Assembly (NCBI GenBank): GCA_964558645.1
Contig: CAZLEV010000021.1
Location: 1-44,051, forward strand
Length of the DNA: 44,051 nt
Direction: 5' to 3'
DNA from: an uncultured archaeon
GTDB lineage: Archaea > Asgardarchaeota > Thorarchaeia > Thorarchaeales > Thorarchaeaceae
Shown piece by piece: positions 8,669 to 18,294 of the stretch; position 1 is the first letter of the stretch; the number at the start of each line of letters is the position of its first letter. The notes below the pieces were generated by a model. The model saw only the letters and a list, made by a program, of their open reading frames with translations. It ran no database searches and was not told the DNA's origin. The position numbers and the translations under genes are program-made.

Positions 8669-10438
8669 CTAAGCCGACGGCACATCGAAGAGATCGATCA
8701 ATCTGAATCGGTTTACATCCACGAGCCCCAGGTCAGTGATTTTGAGATGCGGAATAACAGGCAGACTCAAGAATGCCATTGACATGAAAGGCTCCTCCAG
8801 TTCTGCCCCTAGTTCGTCCGCTGCATCACGAAGCTTCTTCAGTTTCTCGCTCACTTCTTCTATCGATTTATCTGACATTAGACCTGCAATCGGGAGAGGT
8901 AGGGCCTCAAGCACTTCTCCATCACGAATGAGAGCAATGCCTCCCTGCATACGAGTGATATGGACAGCAGCCTCCATCATGTCCGTGTCGTTAGTTCCTA
9001 CAGTGACTATGTTATGAGAGTCGTGTGCAATTGATGACGCCATCGCCCCGGCCTTCAACCCCGTCCCCTTTACAAAGCCAAAGGCACGAGGAGGAGTTGC
9101 ATTGTGTCTTTCTATGACAGCTACCTTAGCTAGGTCTCTATCGATATCTGGAACTGCCAAGCCACCGTCCATATGAGTATCTTCGATTAGGTGTTCTGTC
9201 ACAATCTGATTGGGAATCATTCCGATGACATTCATTCGTTCGCCCTTGGCCTTTATCTGGAAATCTTCAGGTTCGAGCCAATGGATGTTTACTGATCTTC
9301 TAAGGCGGGGTTGTTCCTGAGCACCAAATTCTTGGACCATTTCCCCGTCCTTGGCAACGAGGACTCCTTGCTTGAAGACCATCTCGACATTGACATTCTC
9401 TAAAGAATCAAGGATTGAGATGTCTGCATGATACCCGGGAGCAACAGCTCCAACATATTGCAGCCCGTAGTGACGGGCCGTAGAGAGCGTGGCCACTTTG
9501 ATTGCCAGCATCGGGTCAAGTCCCGATTGCACCGCGTCTCGCACCATGCTATCGATATGTCCCTTCTCAATAAGATCCAACGTGTTTCTGTCATCCGTGA
9601 CGAAACTGCAGAACATGGCCGTGTCAGGTCGAACCAAACCGATAAGATCCTGTAGATTCTTGGCAGTCGAGCCCTCTCTTATGTGGATATGCATCCCTCT
9701 CGCCAGCTTGCGCTGTGCCTCTTCCAACTCTGTACATTCGTGTTCACTCGAGATTCGTGCGCTACAATACGCGTTAAGCTCATATTCTTCAATGCCAGGA
9801 GCGTGACCATCCACCCTCTTCCCCATTCTCAGCGCTACCCGTATCTTCTCCAAAATCTCTGGGTCTCGAAAGACGACACCCTGATAGTTCATTGCCTCAG
9901 CTAGTCCAAGCACATACTGCTCTGTCATCAGTGGCTGAATATCCAGAAAATCAAGTGCAACTCCATTTGTTTCTAAATCAGTTGACGGAACGCAAGATGG
10001 CAGCATGACATAGAAGTCGAGAGGGCCACCCCTCATGCTCTTGCTCATGTACATTATTCCTTCCATGCCCAGGACGTTAGCTATCTCATGGGGGTCTGCG
10101 ATTACAGCGCCTGTCCCTCGAGGTACTACAGCTCGTGCATACTGAATAGGCATTACCATGGACGACTCAATATGGACATGCCCGTCGATGAATGAAGGAA
10201 CCACATACTTGCCCTTGACATCAATGACATTGCTTCCTACGTACTCACCAATCCCCGCTATGTAGTTTCCGTGAATGGCCACATCCCCGTCTTCTATCTC
10301 GCCAGTGAAAACATTGACCACTGATGCGTTCTTCAATACCAAGTCGGCACGTGTTCTTCCGGACGCAACATCTATCATCTCGTCAAGGGGATACTCTGCA
10401 GGTCTTGACAGAAACAAAGCATGGTTCTCCTTACTCAT
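8669..10438 (-). CDS. ade: Adenine deaminase
   Basis: DGHVHIESSM, ADPHEIANV, DGHAPG, IREGS, HDSHN, FLSLPVIP motifs; 589 aa. Confidence 0.95.
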   Translation of the reverse strand: MSKENHALFLSRPAEYPLDEMIDVASGRTRADLVLKNASVVNVFTGEIEDGDVAIHGNYIAGIGEYVGSNVIDVKGKYVVPSFIDGHVHIESSMVMPIQYARAVVPRGTGAVIADPHEIANVLGMEGIMYMSKSMRGGPLDFYVMLPSCVPSTDLETNGVALDFLDIQPLMTEQYVLGLAEAMNYQGVVFRDPEILEKIRVALRMGKRVDGHAPGIEEYELNAYCSARISSEHECTELEEAQRKLARGMHIHIREGSTAKNLQDLIGLVRPDTAMFCSFVTDDRNTLDLIEKGHIDSMVRDAVQSGLDPMLAIKVATLSTARHYGLQYVGAVAPGYHADISILDSLENVNVEMVFKQGVLVAKDGEMVQEFGAQEQPRLRRSVNIHWLEPEDFQIKAKGERMNVIGMIPNQIVTEHLIEDTHMDGGLAVPDIDRDLAKVAVIERHNATPPRAFGFVKGTGLKAGAMASSIAHDSHNIVTVGTNDTDMMEAAVHITRMQGGIALIRDGEVLEALPLPIAGLMSDKSIEEVSEKLKKLRDAADELGAELEEPFMSMAFLSLPVIPHLKITDLGLVDVNRFRLIDLFDVPSA

Positions 10439-10575
10439 TTCCTAAATCTTTGGTCTAGCCAGTGAAAAGGCTTTCCAAATGGCCTCCAGTTGTTCTTGAA
10501 AATTGACCGAACGCATCTCTTTACGCTATCAATAGACTTATGTGATAGTTCAATATTGTTAATTTGGTGTAAACA

Positions 10576-10686
10576 ATGGATAAGGAGAAACTAGAGTGTC
10601 AGTTTTGTGGCGAAAGGTTCAACTCGAAAGAAGAAATGAAGAAACATGCAACAGAACACCATGAGGACCGCATGAAGACCAAGTAA
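10576..10686 (+). CDS. Unannotated 36-aa single C2H2 zinc-finger protein
   Basis: MDKEKLECQFCGERFNSKEEMKKHATEHHEDRMKTK* has the C-x2-C-x3-F-x5-(M)-x2-H-x3/4-H pattern. GGTG RBS at 10566-10569. Confidence 0.75.
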   Translation: MDKEKLECQFCGERFNSKEEMKKHATEHHEDRMKTK

Positions 10687-10775
10687 TGATTATCGGTCTA
10701 CCTCGCTCTTTGCTATGTGATACAATCTACTTTTATGCAGTCTGTCAGTAAGAAAGCAGACTGTGTGGTATCTTA

Positions 10776-11546
10776 TTGTGGCCAAACACTCAGGCCTCTA
10801 GTGCCTATCAACTGATTCCTATAGGGTTTGCAGATCAAATCACTAAAGATGATGACCTGACAGATATCCTTCTGAGAAGTGCGAGTAGAAGGAGCGTGCC
10901 GATTCAACGCAGAGACATTCTTGTTATAGCCGCTTCAGTCGTATCGAAGTCAGAGGGCAGATCTGTGCCGCTGTCTAGCGTTGTACCCTCAGTGAAAGCC
11001 AAGGCTATGGGTGCTCGTTTGGGAGTTGATCCTCGCAAAGTAGAGATTGCTCTTGAGGATGCTGTACGTGTTGTAAGGTCAGAAAAAGTACTGATAACCA
11101 AGAGGACTGACGGACTCATCACGGATATGAGCGGAATTGATGAGAGCAATGCTCCGACAGGCCACGTACTGCTGCTTCCAAGGAACCCGGATGCATCAGC
11201 TGCAAATATTCACCAAGAAATCAAGAAGATAACCGGTCTGCACATACCTATCATCATCAGCGATACACAGGGTCGACCATGGAGACTGGGTGCTGTGGGA
11301 GTAGCCATCGGAGTTGCTGGGATGTCACCCTTCATATCGCATGCAGGCAAGGCAGACCTCTTGGGAAACGTACTCCGTGGATCTCTGGTATGTGTTGCTG
11401 ATGAACTAGCGGCCGCGAGCGGACTGATAATGGGTCAGGCTGGAGAAGGCGTGCCTGCTGTGATTGTTAGAGGTATTGACTACAGCCTTGTCGAAAGCGG
11501 AACAACAAGCATTCCTCGAGATGATGCGGAGAATCTCTTCCTCTAG
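10776..11546 (+). CDS. cofE: Coenzyme F420-0:L-glutamate ligase
   Basis: VVSKSEG, SGIDESN, LLPRNPDASA, ISDTQGRPWRLG, ADELAAA, MGQAGEGVPAVIVRG. Start uncertain. Confidence 0.9.
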   Translation: MWPNTQASSAYQLIPIGFADQITKDDDLTDILLRSASRRSVPIQRRDILVIAASVVSKSEGRSVPLSSVVPSVKAKAMGARLGVDPRKVEIALEDAVRVVRSEKVLITKRTDGLITDMSGIDESNAPTGHVLLLPRNPDASAANIHQEIKKITGLHIPIIISDTQGRPWRLGAVGVAIGVAGMSPFISHAGKADLLGNVLRGSLVCVADELAAASGLIMGQAGEGVPAVIVRGIDYSLVESGTTSIPRDDAENLFL

Positions 11547-11569
11547 GTTTCAGAAAGAAAGAAACCGCA

Positions 11570-13639
11570 CTATTCATGTCGCTTCATCTCTTGGAGAAGT
11601 ATAGCCGCTGCTACTACAGATGCAGCCAGGATCAACGAGATGAATTCACTCTCTATGTTATCCGGAGCACCCGATGGAACGGTGGGGATAGCCGTAGTAG
11701 CCGTCAGAAGAAATGGATATTTGTCCTGTTCTTGTTCAGAGATGTAATAGGTTCCATTACCTGAATAGTCAGACCATTCGTTTCCCATTGAAACTCCATC
11801 ATCCCAGAAGTTTCCCTGCGAGCCGGAGACCGCATTTGCGCCATTCCATCCGATCTTGTTGGCGTAGATTCTGTTTCCTGTGCTCCTAGTATCGATGAAC
11901 ACACCCACATCGGAGTTGTCTGTGATTGTGTTGTGAACCACGAGGTTGAGATGCGAATCGAATAGAAACACTCCGTACTGATTATGAGAGAGTTGACTTT
12001 TTTCAATCGTTGAGTTTGAACACCTACTCTGATAGACTGCAACGGCCCCCTCTGATAGCTTGCACTGACTCACCACGCATCGGCGACAGTTTCGCATGTC
12101 TAGGACGAAGCTAGAAACCCCACCAGATGATGAATCCATCTCGGTTATCCTTATGTTGCTGATGTGAATGTCTTCAGAGTTCAGCACTCTTACTCCGCGT
12201 GAACATCTACGTATCAGCATATCGCCAATAGAGCAGTTCTTCGAAAAGTGAATCGTCACTGCATCTGAAGTGTCTAACACCTCGCCATAAGAGAAGATCG
12301 AATCTTCTGAATAGGCAATCACGACCTGTCCATACTGTAGGAGGTCAATTGTCTGTCCGCTGAGATTATAGAAGAACCCGAAGGGTTGCCCATTCACCAT
12401 ATTACCGAATACCTCATGACGAAACCCAGCTTCTTCCATCTCGGAGAAGTGGATGCCAGACCTAATGAGGGTGTTATTGGCTAGCTTGCAGTTTCTGGGA
12501 GGTCCATTGGGAAACAAGAATCCAAGGCCTAAGTCGCTCAGTGTGATTGCATAAGGGCAACTCACAAACATGTTCTTCGTTACAGACGCCATTGTTGTTG
12601 TTTGTAGCAGGACACCTGTTACCGATTCGAAAAACTCGCATTCTGTGACAATGTTGTAGATTCCTCCTCGAACTACACATGCCGCCCCCTCGATGTCATG
12701 ATAGGAGTTCTGAGAGACGGAAACCGACTTGCAGTTCAGGAGCTCTGTTCCATGAAATCCTTCTCTAAACTCATTCTCTGTAACATTCCAACCGGACCCA
12801 GTCAGCCTGACTCCTGTATTGGCTCCTTCAACCCGATTATTGGTCATATGACCGTCATTACCTGTGCAATGGAATCCATATAGATAGGTCCCTCTGACAG
12901 TGTTGTTAGAGATTATGCATGCATCAGATTTGGATATTTCAACTGCGGGACCGCCTGCCAAATCATGCAGCGAACTGAGTTGGTTATTTCTCACAACAAG
13001 ATTAGAAGACTTGTGTACCGAGATGCCCCCTGATCCTGAATGACCAAAAGCGTTTGAGGCAATCAGACTATCCTCGATATCAAACAAGGTAACGTGGTTC
13101 CATATGGCATCTATGAAGACGTTTGATATTAGTGAGATGCCTTTGAGATACTGTCCAAGACAACCCGTGGCAGACCTTCGAAAAGAACACCGTTCGATTG
13201 CAATATTCTCACACATAAACATTGATACCTGCGACGAGGCGTAGTAGAGCTCAGAACTGCTAATCCTACCGTTTGAGCAGTTCTTCAGCACAATCAGGGG
13301 ATCTAGAACATTCCATTGTCGTGCGGATATGAATGAGTCTCGAACGATGAAATGGGCAGTTGTGTCTGCAATGGCTAGACAAGTACCTGCGTAGGATATG
13401 TTCACTGAGCTGATCGTGAAGGGGTCAGAGGCGGAACCTGACCCACTCCAGATACTTGGGTCGAATCCCTCATTCCCTGTAATGTTTATGGGATTCAGTT
13501 CAGAAAGACCCGAAGCATAGCCACGAGTTGAGTCACTATTATTCGCTATTATCCGCACATTCCAGTGTATCGGGAGAATGCCGATGATTATCACTGCCAG
13601 GACTAGCACCAATAGTGACAACTGACTAACGCGTTTCAT
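11570..13639 (-). CDS. NosD/parallel beta-helix surface protein with signal peptide and C-terminal TM anchor
   Basis: N-terminal hydrophobic signal, repeated I.NN.I...GI beta-helix units, NFWDDG..GNEWSDY..DKYP tail, C-terminal TM. Confidence 0.85.
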   Translation of the reverse strand: MKRVSQLSLLVLVLAVIIIGILPIHWNVRIIANNSDSTRGYASGLSELNPINITGNEGFDPSIWSGSGSASDPFTISSVNISYAGTCLAIADTTAHFIVRDSFISARQWNVLDPLIVLKNCSNGRISSSELYYASSQVSMFMCENIAIERCSFRRSATGCLGQYLKGISLISNVFIDAIWNHVTLFDIEDSLIASNAFGHSGSGGISVHKSSNLVVRNNQLSSLHDLAGGPAVEISKSDACIISNNTVRGTYLYGFHCTGNDGHMTNNRVEGANTGVRLTGSGWNVTENEFREGFHGTELLNCKSVSVSQNSYHDIEGAACVVRGGIYNIVTECEFFESVTGVLLQTTTMASVTKNMFVSCPYAITLSDLGLGFLFPNGPPRNCKLANNTLIRSGIHFSEMEEAGFRHEVFGNMVNGQPFGFFYNLSGQTIDLLQYGQVVIAYSEDSIFSYGEVLDTSDAVTIHFSKNCSIGDMLIRRCSRGVRVLNSEDIHISNIRITEMDSSSGGVSSFVLDMRNCRRCVVSQCKLSEGAVAVYQSRCSNSTIEKSQLSHNQYGVFLFDSHLNLVVHNTITDNSDVGVFIDTRSTGNRIYANKIGWNGANAVSGSQGNFWDDGVSMGNEWSDYSGNGTYYISEQEQDKYPFLLTATTAIPTVPSGAPDNIESEFISLILAASVVAAAILLQEMKRHE

Positions 13640-13709
13640 GTTCAGGCCTCGGCTGCTCTCGTTTTAGCTGACCCTTTACTTAAGGCGATTGCGAAACCAG
13701 CCGCCAACT

Positions 13710-14393
13710 CTACATTTCTTGGACAAGCGATTGTTGGGGGTTGAAGCTGGCGTGATTCTCCTCTTCCTTTCCAAGTCTGGTTCGTCCCCAGGGAGCATGG
13801 AGGAAATGGATTGCGTGCGGCCGTGTGTTCTTATCTATGTGAACATAGCCAGTCTTGTCCAAGAGGCGCACGAGCTTGCGAGTTTCTTTGATGCTATGAC
13901 CAGCCGCTGCAGACAGTTCCTTGTAGGTTGTCTCGTCCTTGTTCTTGATTATTGTTAGAAGGCTGAATTCTGGCATAGACATGATGGTGTTTCGGAGAGA
14001 CTCGTTTTCTCTTCTGAGCGAATCCTCGTCAACCGATAGTATCCGTTCTATCCTTTCCTCTAGATGATCTATTTGCTGGACCAGGCTGGCTCGTTCTGTC
14101 TCGAATCTCCCTATGAGCCCGCTGGACTCGTGGGTCAGCTGTGCGCTTAGGTCTTCTCCAAATCCATCAATGGCCTCTCTGGCCGCAAGGCGTGACTCTT
14201 TCAGTATACCTCTGATATCATCAGAGTTCAGCCATTGACCGTCGACAAGCTGTCCCAATTGAGAAAAATACGCATCAAGTCTTCTGACCCACAAGTCGCG
14301 GGCTTCTTGAAAGGCTCCTGCAACCTTGAGTGTCAGTCTTGCTGAAGTGTCATCTGGAGCAGTCATAGTCACACCTAGTATCTCTGACGACAT
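13710..14393 (-). CDS. Coiled-coil protein with C-terminal winged helix-turn-helix
   Basis: Heptad region (LVQQIDHLEERIERIL..LRRENESLR) followed by TTYKELSAAAGHSIKETRKLVRLLDKTGYV. Confidence 0.7.
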   Translation of the reverse strand: MSSEILGVTMTAPDDTSARLTLKVAGAFQEARDLWVRRLDAYFSQLGQLVDGQWLNSDDIRGILKESRLAAREAIDGFGEDLSAQLTHESSGLIGRFETERASLVQQIDHLEERIERILSVDEDSLRRENESLRNTIMSMPEFSLLTIIKNKDETTYKELSAAAGHSIKETRKLVRLLDKTGYVHIDKNTRPHAIHFLHAPWGRTRLGKEEENHASFNPQQSLVQEM

Positions 14394-14439
14394 CCATGCA
14401 ATTTAGGGCTAGTATTGCAGAGATATGATAGCATGAGAC

Positions 14440-15816
14440 TCATGAAACCAGAATGTAGTACTTGAGGACAAAGTCAGCTAGGCTCTTTGAAGTGTTAGGA
14501 CCCTCATGTTGAAACTCTCGAAACGACGGGACATCAACCTTTTCCAAGAAGATGCCGGCTGTTGCAAGAGCATCTCTCAATTCGTCGAAAGAATCCTCAC
14601 TTACCCGGACTTCTTTGATTCCGAGTTCTTGACACATTCTAAACCCATACTCCGACAGCATCAAGCATCTTATGCTAGCATACCCCTCATGAACTGGGAC
14701 TCGCATGCATTCTATCTCTTTCTTTCGTGCATCAACAACTTCGGAGGCCAGATCCAGGAAACCATTGGCAATGAGGTCATCAATGCTGATGAATAGCGTC
14801 GAGCCCCCAGTACTCATTTGTCTCTGCAACAACTCAGCCGCAGTTTCGGAGATGTCTTGCTGTAATTCTTCAAAAGTGTTGGAAGACTCCACGGACTTGA
14901 GCAGATCGAGGGGCGGGCCATCATAACCAGAAATCCAGTCAAGCCCAAGAGCCTCCATCATCCCTTTCTGTGCATGAAACCAATAGTTACTATCGATTCG
15001 TTTCAGACTCTGCTTCAATCGATTGAGTAAGGAGCCGATAGAGGCTTCGTGCCATTGCTCATAGCGAATCCAGTGCATTCTATGAGCCATGAATGAATCA
15101 AGCCATAACACAGCAGGTCTTGGTGCTGGTTTAGGCGCAGAGGTTATGAGATTCTTGCTACTCTGCACTTGGCTCAATGCAATATGCTTGAGGAGTGCTT
15201 CTGCGTGAAGCACGTCGCTTGGACCTACAATGACACTCTCAAGAGTTGTAGACCAGAACAAAGACGTCAGGTCCAGTTTCAATCTCTCTTGAGCACCCAC
15301 ATGTCGGCTTCCTTGCTCTTTGGAAGTAGAAGAAACTGCTTGGGTGTCATTGGACGCTGCACTTGGTTCGAGTGTAAGAATCAACTCTCTGAGCTCAGGC
15401 ATACTGCCTATTATTCCTAGATCGAGGTTGGTGAATGGGTTTCCACCAATATTGATTCCCTCAAGGTGGACACAGCTTTGTAGTGGAGCCAGATCCAAAG
15501 TCCTGATCTGATTGTTACTCAGGTCTAATCGTCTTAGCCGTTCACAAGAGGACAGCGGTTTCAGGTCAATCGTTCTGAGCTCATTGCCACGTAATGAGAG
15601 AGATTCCAGTCGGATAAAATCCCTGAGGGGTGAGAGATCGATTTCCTCCAACTGGTTTTCGTAGAGCCATAGGACTCTGATATATCGAGGTTCGTGAACG
15701 CTCGAGAGGTCAACCGAGCGCGCGCCCATCATTCCAAAGTATACCTCATTTCCACGAATCGCCTTTGTTGCCGTAGAACCGTCCGCCCTTGTGTATTCCA
15801 AGAGGTTATCACGCAA
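14440..15816 (-). CDS. Leucine-rich repeat protein with C-terminal helical domain
   Basis: LxxLxLxxNxLxxIDLxPL repeats in the N-terminal half. Confidence 0.85.
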   Translation of the reverse strand: MRDNLLEYTRADGSTATKAIRGNEVYFGMMGARSVDLSSVHEPRYIRVLWLYENQLEEIDLSPLRDFIRLESLSLRGNELRTIDLKPLSSCERLRRLDLSNNQIRTLDLAPLQSCVHLEGINIGGNPFTNLDLGIIGSMPELRELILTLEPSAASNDTQAVSSTSKEQGSRHVGAQERLKLDLTSLFWSTTLESVIVGPSDVLHAEALLKHIALSQVQSSKNLITSAPKPAPRPAVLWLDSFMAHRMHWIRYEQWHEASIGSLLNRLKQSLKRIDSNYWFHAQKGMMEALGLDWISGYDGPPLDLLKSVESSNTFEELQQDISETAAELLQRQMSTGGSTLFISIDDLIANGFLDLASEVVDARKKEIECMRVPVHEGYASIRCLMLSEYGFRMCQELGIKEVRVSEDSFDELRDALATAGIFLEKVDVPSFREFQHEGPNTSKSLADFVLKYYILVS

Positions 15817-15957
15817 AGCTGGTATTCTCCAAGTCCATCATACGAGAGTTTTGAACTCCATTCACTGCAGCATCGTATCGGGTTTGCTTGATACTTGGAG
15901 ATTACTTATTGTTATTGAACAGGAATTCTTTTCTGTGAATCTGCTTGAGATAACGCT

Positions 15958-16257
15958 ATGTCTACAGCGGATTACATAGCAGAGGTTAGAAGGGCCATAA
16001 GAGACCTCATCGAGGCAGGCATGGAGGACTCAGAGGTAGATATCAAGCGGGACTCACAGCAGGCGATTGAGAAGATACGTGGTGTGATAGTAGACATCGT
16101 GGAAGAGACCAAGGGAAAACTCGTCGGCTCGGAGTCCAGGATTGCTCTAGATGAAGTTGCCCACATGTTGGGCTACACTAATGGGAGGAGCCTCATGATT
16201 GCATTTGATGTGAGGCCAAAATCGAAACCAGATCACGTTCCACCGCCACCCCCCTAA
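15958..16257 (+). CDS. Small helical hypothetical protein with C-terminal polyproline
   Basis: 99-aa ATG ORF between two LRR genes; ends KPDHVPPPPP*. Confidence 0.7.
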   Translation: MSTADYIAEVRRAIRDLIEAGMEDSEVDIKRDSQQAIEKIRGVIVDIVEETKGKLVGSESRIALDEVAHMLGYTNGRSLMIAFDVRPKSKPDHVPPPPP

Positions 16258-16264
16258 GGCTGGT

Positions 16265-16969
16265 TCATGTCCACTCAACCCGTGCTAAATGCTGAGTCAT
16301 ACCTGGAGAGATATAGGATAGCTGCTTCAGTTTGGGGTTGGCAATGAGATCTGTATGCTCATCTATGGTGAACTTTTCCAAGTGTTCAAGGTGAAGAAGA
16401 GGCGAGATGTCGAGGGTTTCCAAGGAGTTGTCATGAAGAAAGAGGTACTTCAGCGACTCGCACTTTGATAGGGGCGCCAGATTGAGGTGCTGAAGTCTGT
16501 TACCAGACAAAACAAGATAGTCGAGTTCCAGACACTTTTCAAAGGGCCGCAGGTCAAAACTAGTCAAGTCATTATCTGAAACATAGAACATTCTCAGCGT
16601 TGAGAATTCTGGAAAAGGCTTCATATCCACCTGCTGAATCTCGTTCTTTGATATGTCAATTGCTTCAATCCTCTTCGATTCACATATTGGTTCTAGACAT
16701 ACATAATCTAGGCGATTATTTGAGAGATTTAGTGTGCGTAGGGTCGAAAGGTGGCTCAAAGGCCCCAAGTCAATCTCCAGAAGATCATTCTGAGACAAGT
16801 CTAGTTCCTCAAGCTCGTGAAACCCGGCTAAGGGCTCCAGTGCAATATCCGCGATGCCGAGTCCACAGAGATCCATATTTTTGATATCCGTATTTCGTCT
16901 CATCTCAAGGGTTTCGCCCTGTGACGTGATATACCCGAATACAGCTTGACTCAGAATGTGCACCCTCAC
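16265..16969 (-). CDS. Leucine-rich repeat protein
   Basis: About 7 LxxLxLxxNxLxxxDLxPL repeats. Confidence 0.85.
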   Translation of the reverse strand: MRVHILSQAVFGYITSQGETLEMRRNTDIKNMDLCGLGIADIALEPLAGFHELEELDLSQNDLLEIDLGPLSHLSTLRTLNLSNNRLDYVCLEPICESKRIEAIDISKNEIQQVDMKPFPEFSTLRMFYVSDNDLTSFDLRPFEKCLELDYLVLSGNRLQHLNLAPLSKCESLKYLFLHDNSLETLDISPLLHLEHLEKFTIDEHTDLIANPKLKQLSYISPGMTQHLARVEWT

Positions 16970-17013
16970 ATGTATGGAGCTAAGGATGAAATGTACACTA
17001 AGACTATTGACTA

Positions 17014-17607
17014 TTACGATTCACACGTAGGCTGCTTTAGGAGGGCTGAAGGGTCCTCTTTTGCCTGACCACGGGGTACGTGATTCCACACTGGAGGATT
17101 GCGAGTCGTTTCGACAAACCTCTCAAGAAGTATCTTTATTCCTTCAGGATTGTGTATTCCGTTGAATACTATCTCCGGTTCATCTTCTGATTCAACTGAG
17201 TAGATGCATACATCTCCCGCGTCGGCTTTTTGGTCTTCTGGCCCAATTGAGGTGTCTACGCATGTTATCTGATCATAGAAGACCTTCTCAGTGTGTCGCT
17301 TTAGGATTCCACTCTTGACACGGGCATTCCATGTCGTTATGATGTAGAGAATGAGTCGCCTCTTTGCTTCTACCAAGATGATGAGACCGGCACCGAAGAA
17401 AATGGCAACGTTCGCGAAGACCCATATTAGCTGCTGGTATGGAATGATTTGAGCGGCCGTCAAGGCGTTGTACGAGAATCCTATGAGAAGGATAACTGTG
17501 CCAAGAATGTAGAGGAATAGAAACCTGACCCTCTTGGGATGAAAAATGGCGATGAGCTTCTCTCTGTTCTCAGGGGCTAACGTGTACTTAGAGATCGTTC
17601 CGCTCAT
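17014..17607 (-). CDS. Membrane protein with bacterial-type PH domain (bPH_2/DUF304-like)
   Basis: Two TM helices followed by YIITTWNARVKSGILKR..YDQIT..GDVCI..FNGIHNP. Confidence 0.75.
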   Translation of the reverse strand: MSGTISKYTLAPENREKLIAIFHPKRVRFLFLYILGTVILLIGFSYNALTAAQIIPYQQLIWVFANVAIFFGAGLIILVEAKRRLILYIITTWNARVKSGILKRHTEKVFYDQITCVDTSIGPEDQKADAGDVCIYSVESEDEPEIVFNGIHNPEGIKILLERFVETTRNPPVWNHVPRGQAKEDPSALLKQPTCES

Positions 17608-17707
17608 TGTCTTAACCCAAGATCTACGATTCTGGATGTCTTATGAAGATGCTCTACCTGTTGCGAGTAGCGATCCTCAATCATAGCATGGCTATCTATG
17701 GAGAGTG

Positions 17708-18100
17708 CTATGTTGGATAGATGTCCCACAGAGTGTCACATGCATGAACCACATGACCGATCAACGTTCGAATTTCTTCTGTGGTGAGGTCAGTGTCGTT
17801 CGTTTCTGCAATCACAATGATGTCATCGTCATCATCTATGGCAAACTTGACACCGTTCGCTTTCCATGACTCCTTAAGCATATCATATGCGAGCTGACTT
17901 CGTTTGCCTTCAGCCACTTCATTGAAGTTTGTGAATGGTGCGATTATATAGAGCCAAGACTCATCCTTGTTAGTGACCACCTTGACTTTTAGATCGTCGA
18001 AGTGTTCGGTCTTCCAACGCATCATTATCACATTTGCTTCAACGGTGTATTTGATGTCCAGCTCTTCCAGTAGGGAGCTGACATCATCGATAACGCCCAT
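17708..18100 (-). CDS. YbjN/CesT-like (type III chaperone fold) protein
   Basis: Acidic 130-aa alpha/beta protein with VKFAIDDDDDIIV pattern. Strong RBS AAAGGAGGT (18109-18117) and TATA-like TTAATATAA (18135-18143). Confidence 0.7.
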   Translation of the reverse strand: MGVIDDVSSLLEELDIKYTVEANVIMMRWKTEHFDDLKVKVVTNKDESWLYIIAPFTNFNEVAEGKRSQLAYDMLKESWKANGVKFAIDDDDDIIVIAETNDTDLTTEEIRTLIGHVVHACDTLWDIYPT

Positions 18101-18212
18101 GGTTGATAACCTCCTTTCAGTTCCTGCTCTGGGGTTATATTAAGCTGTCTGTGCCGCTCCTTCGCTTAATTCTAATCTTGCTAGCTCCACTTCAAGAACC
18201 AGCCAGCAACTC

Positions 18213-18279
18213 GAGAAAAGCTTAAATGGATATATCGTGCCATATACTATGTGGTACGATATATCGTGCCACACACTAT
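18213..18279 (+). promoter_or_regulatory. padR promoter (BRE/TATA) with tandem and inverted operator repeats
   Basis: GAGAAAAG-CTTAAA, then GATATATCGTGCCATATACTAT (18229-18250) and GATATATCGTGCCACACACTAT (18258-18279). A 17-bp inverted repeat (18229-18245 / 18249-18265) has 2 mismatches. Confidence 0.75.
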
Positions 18280-18294
18280 CATGGTGTGACAGTC

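Noticed and set aside
18226-18294. Longer PadR N-terminus given by the ORF track
   Set aside because: This stretch is the promoter/operator; ATG 18295 has an RBS.
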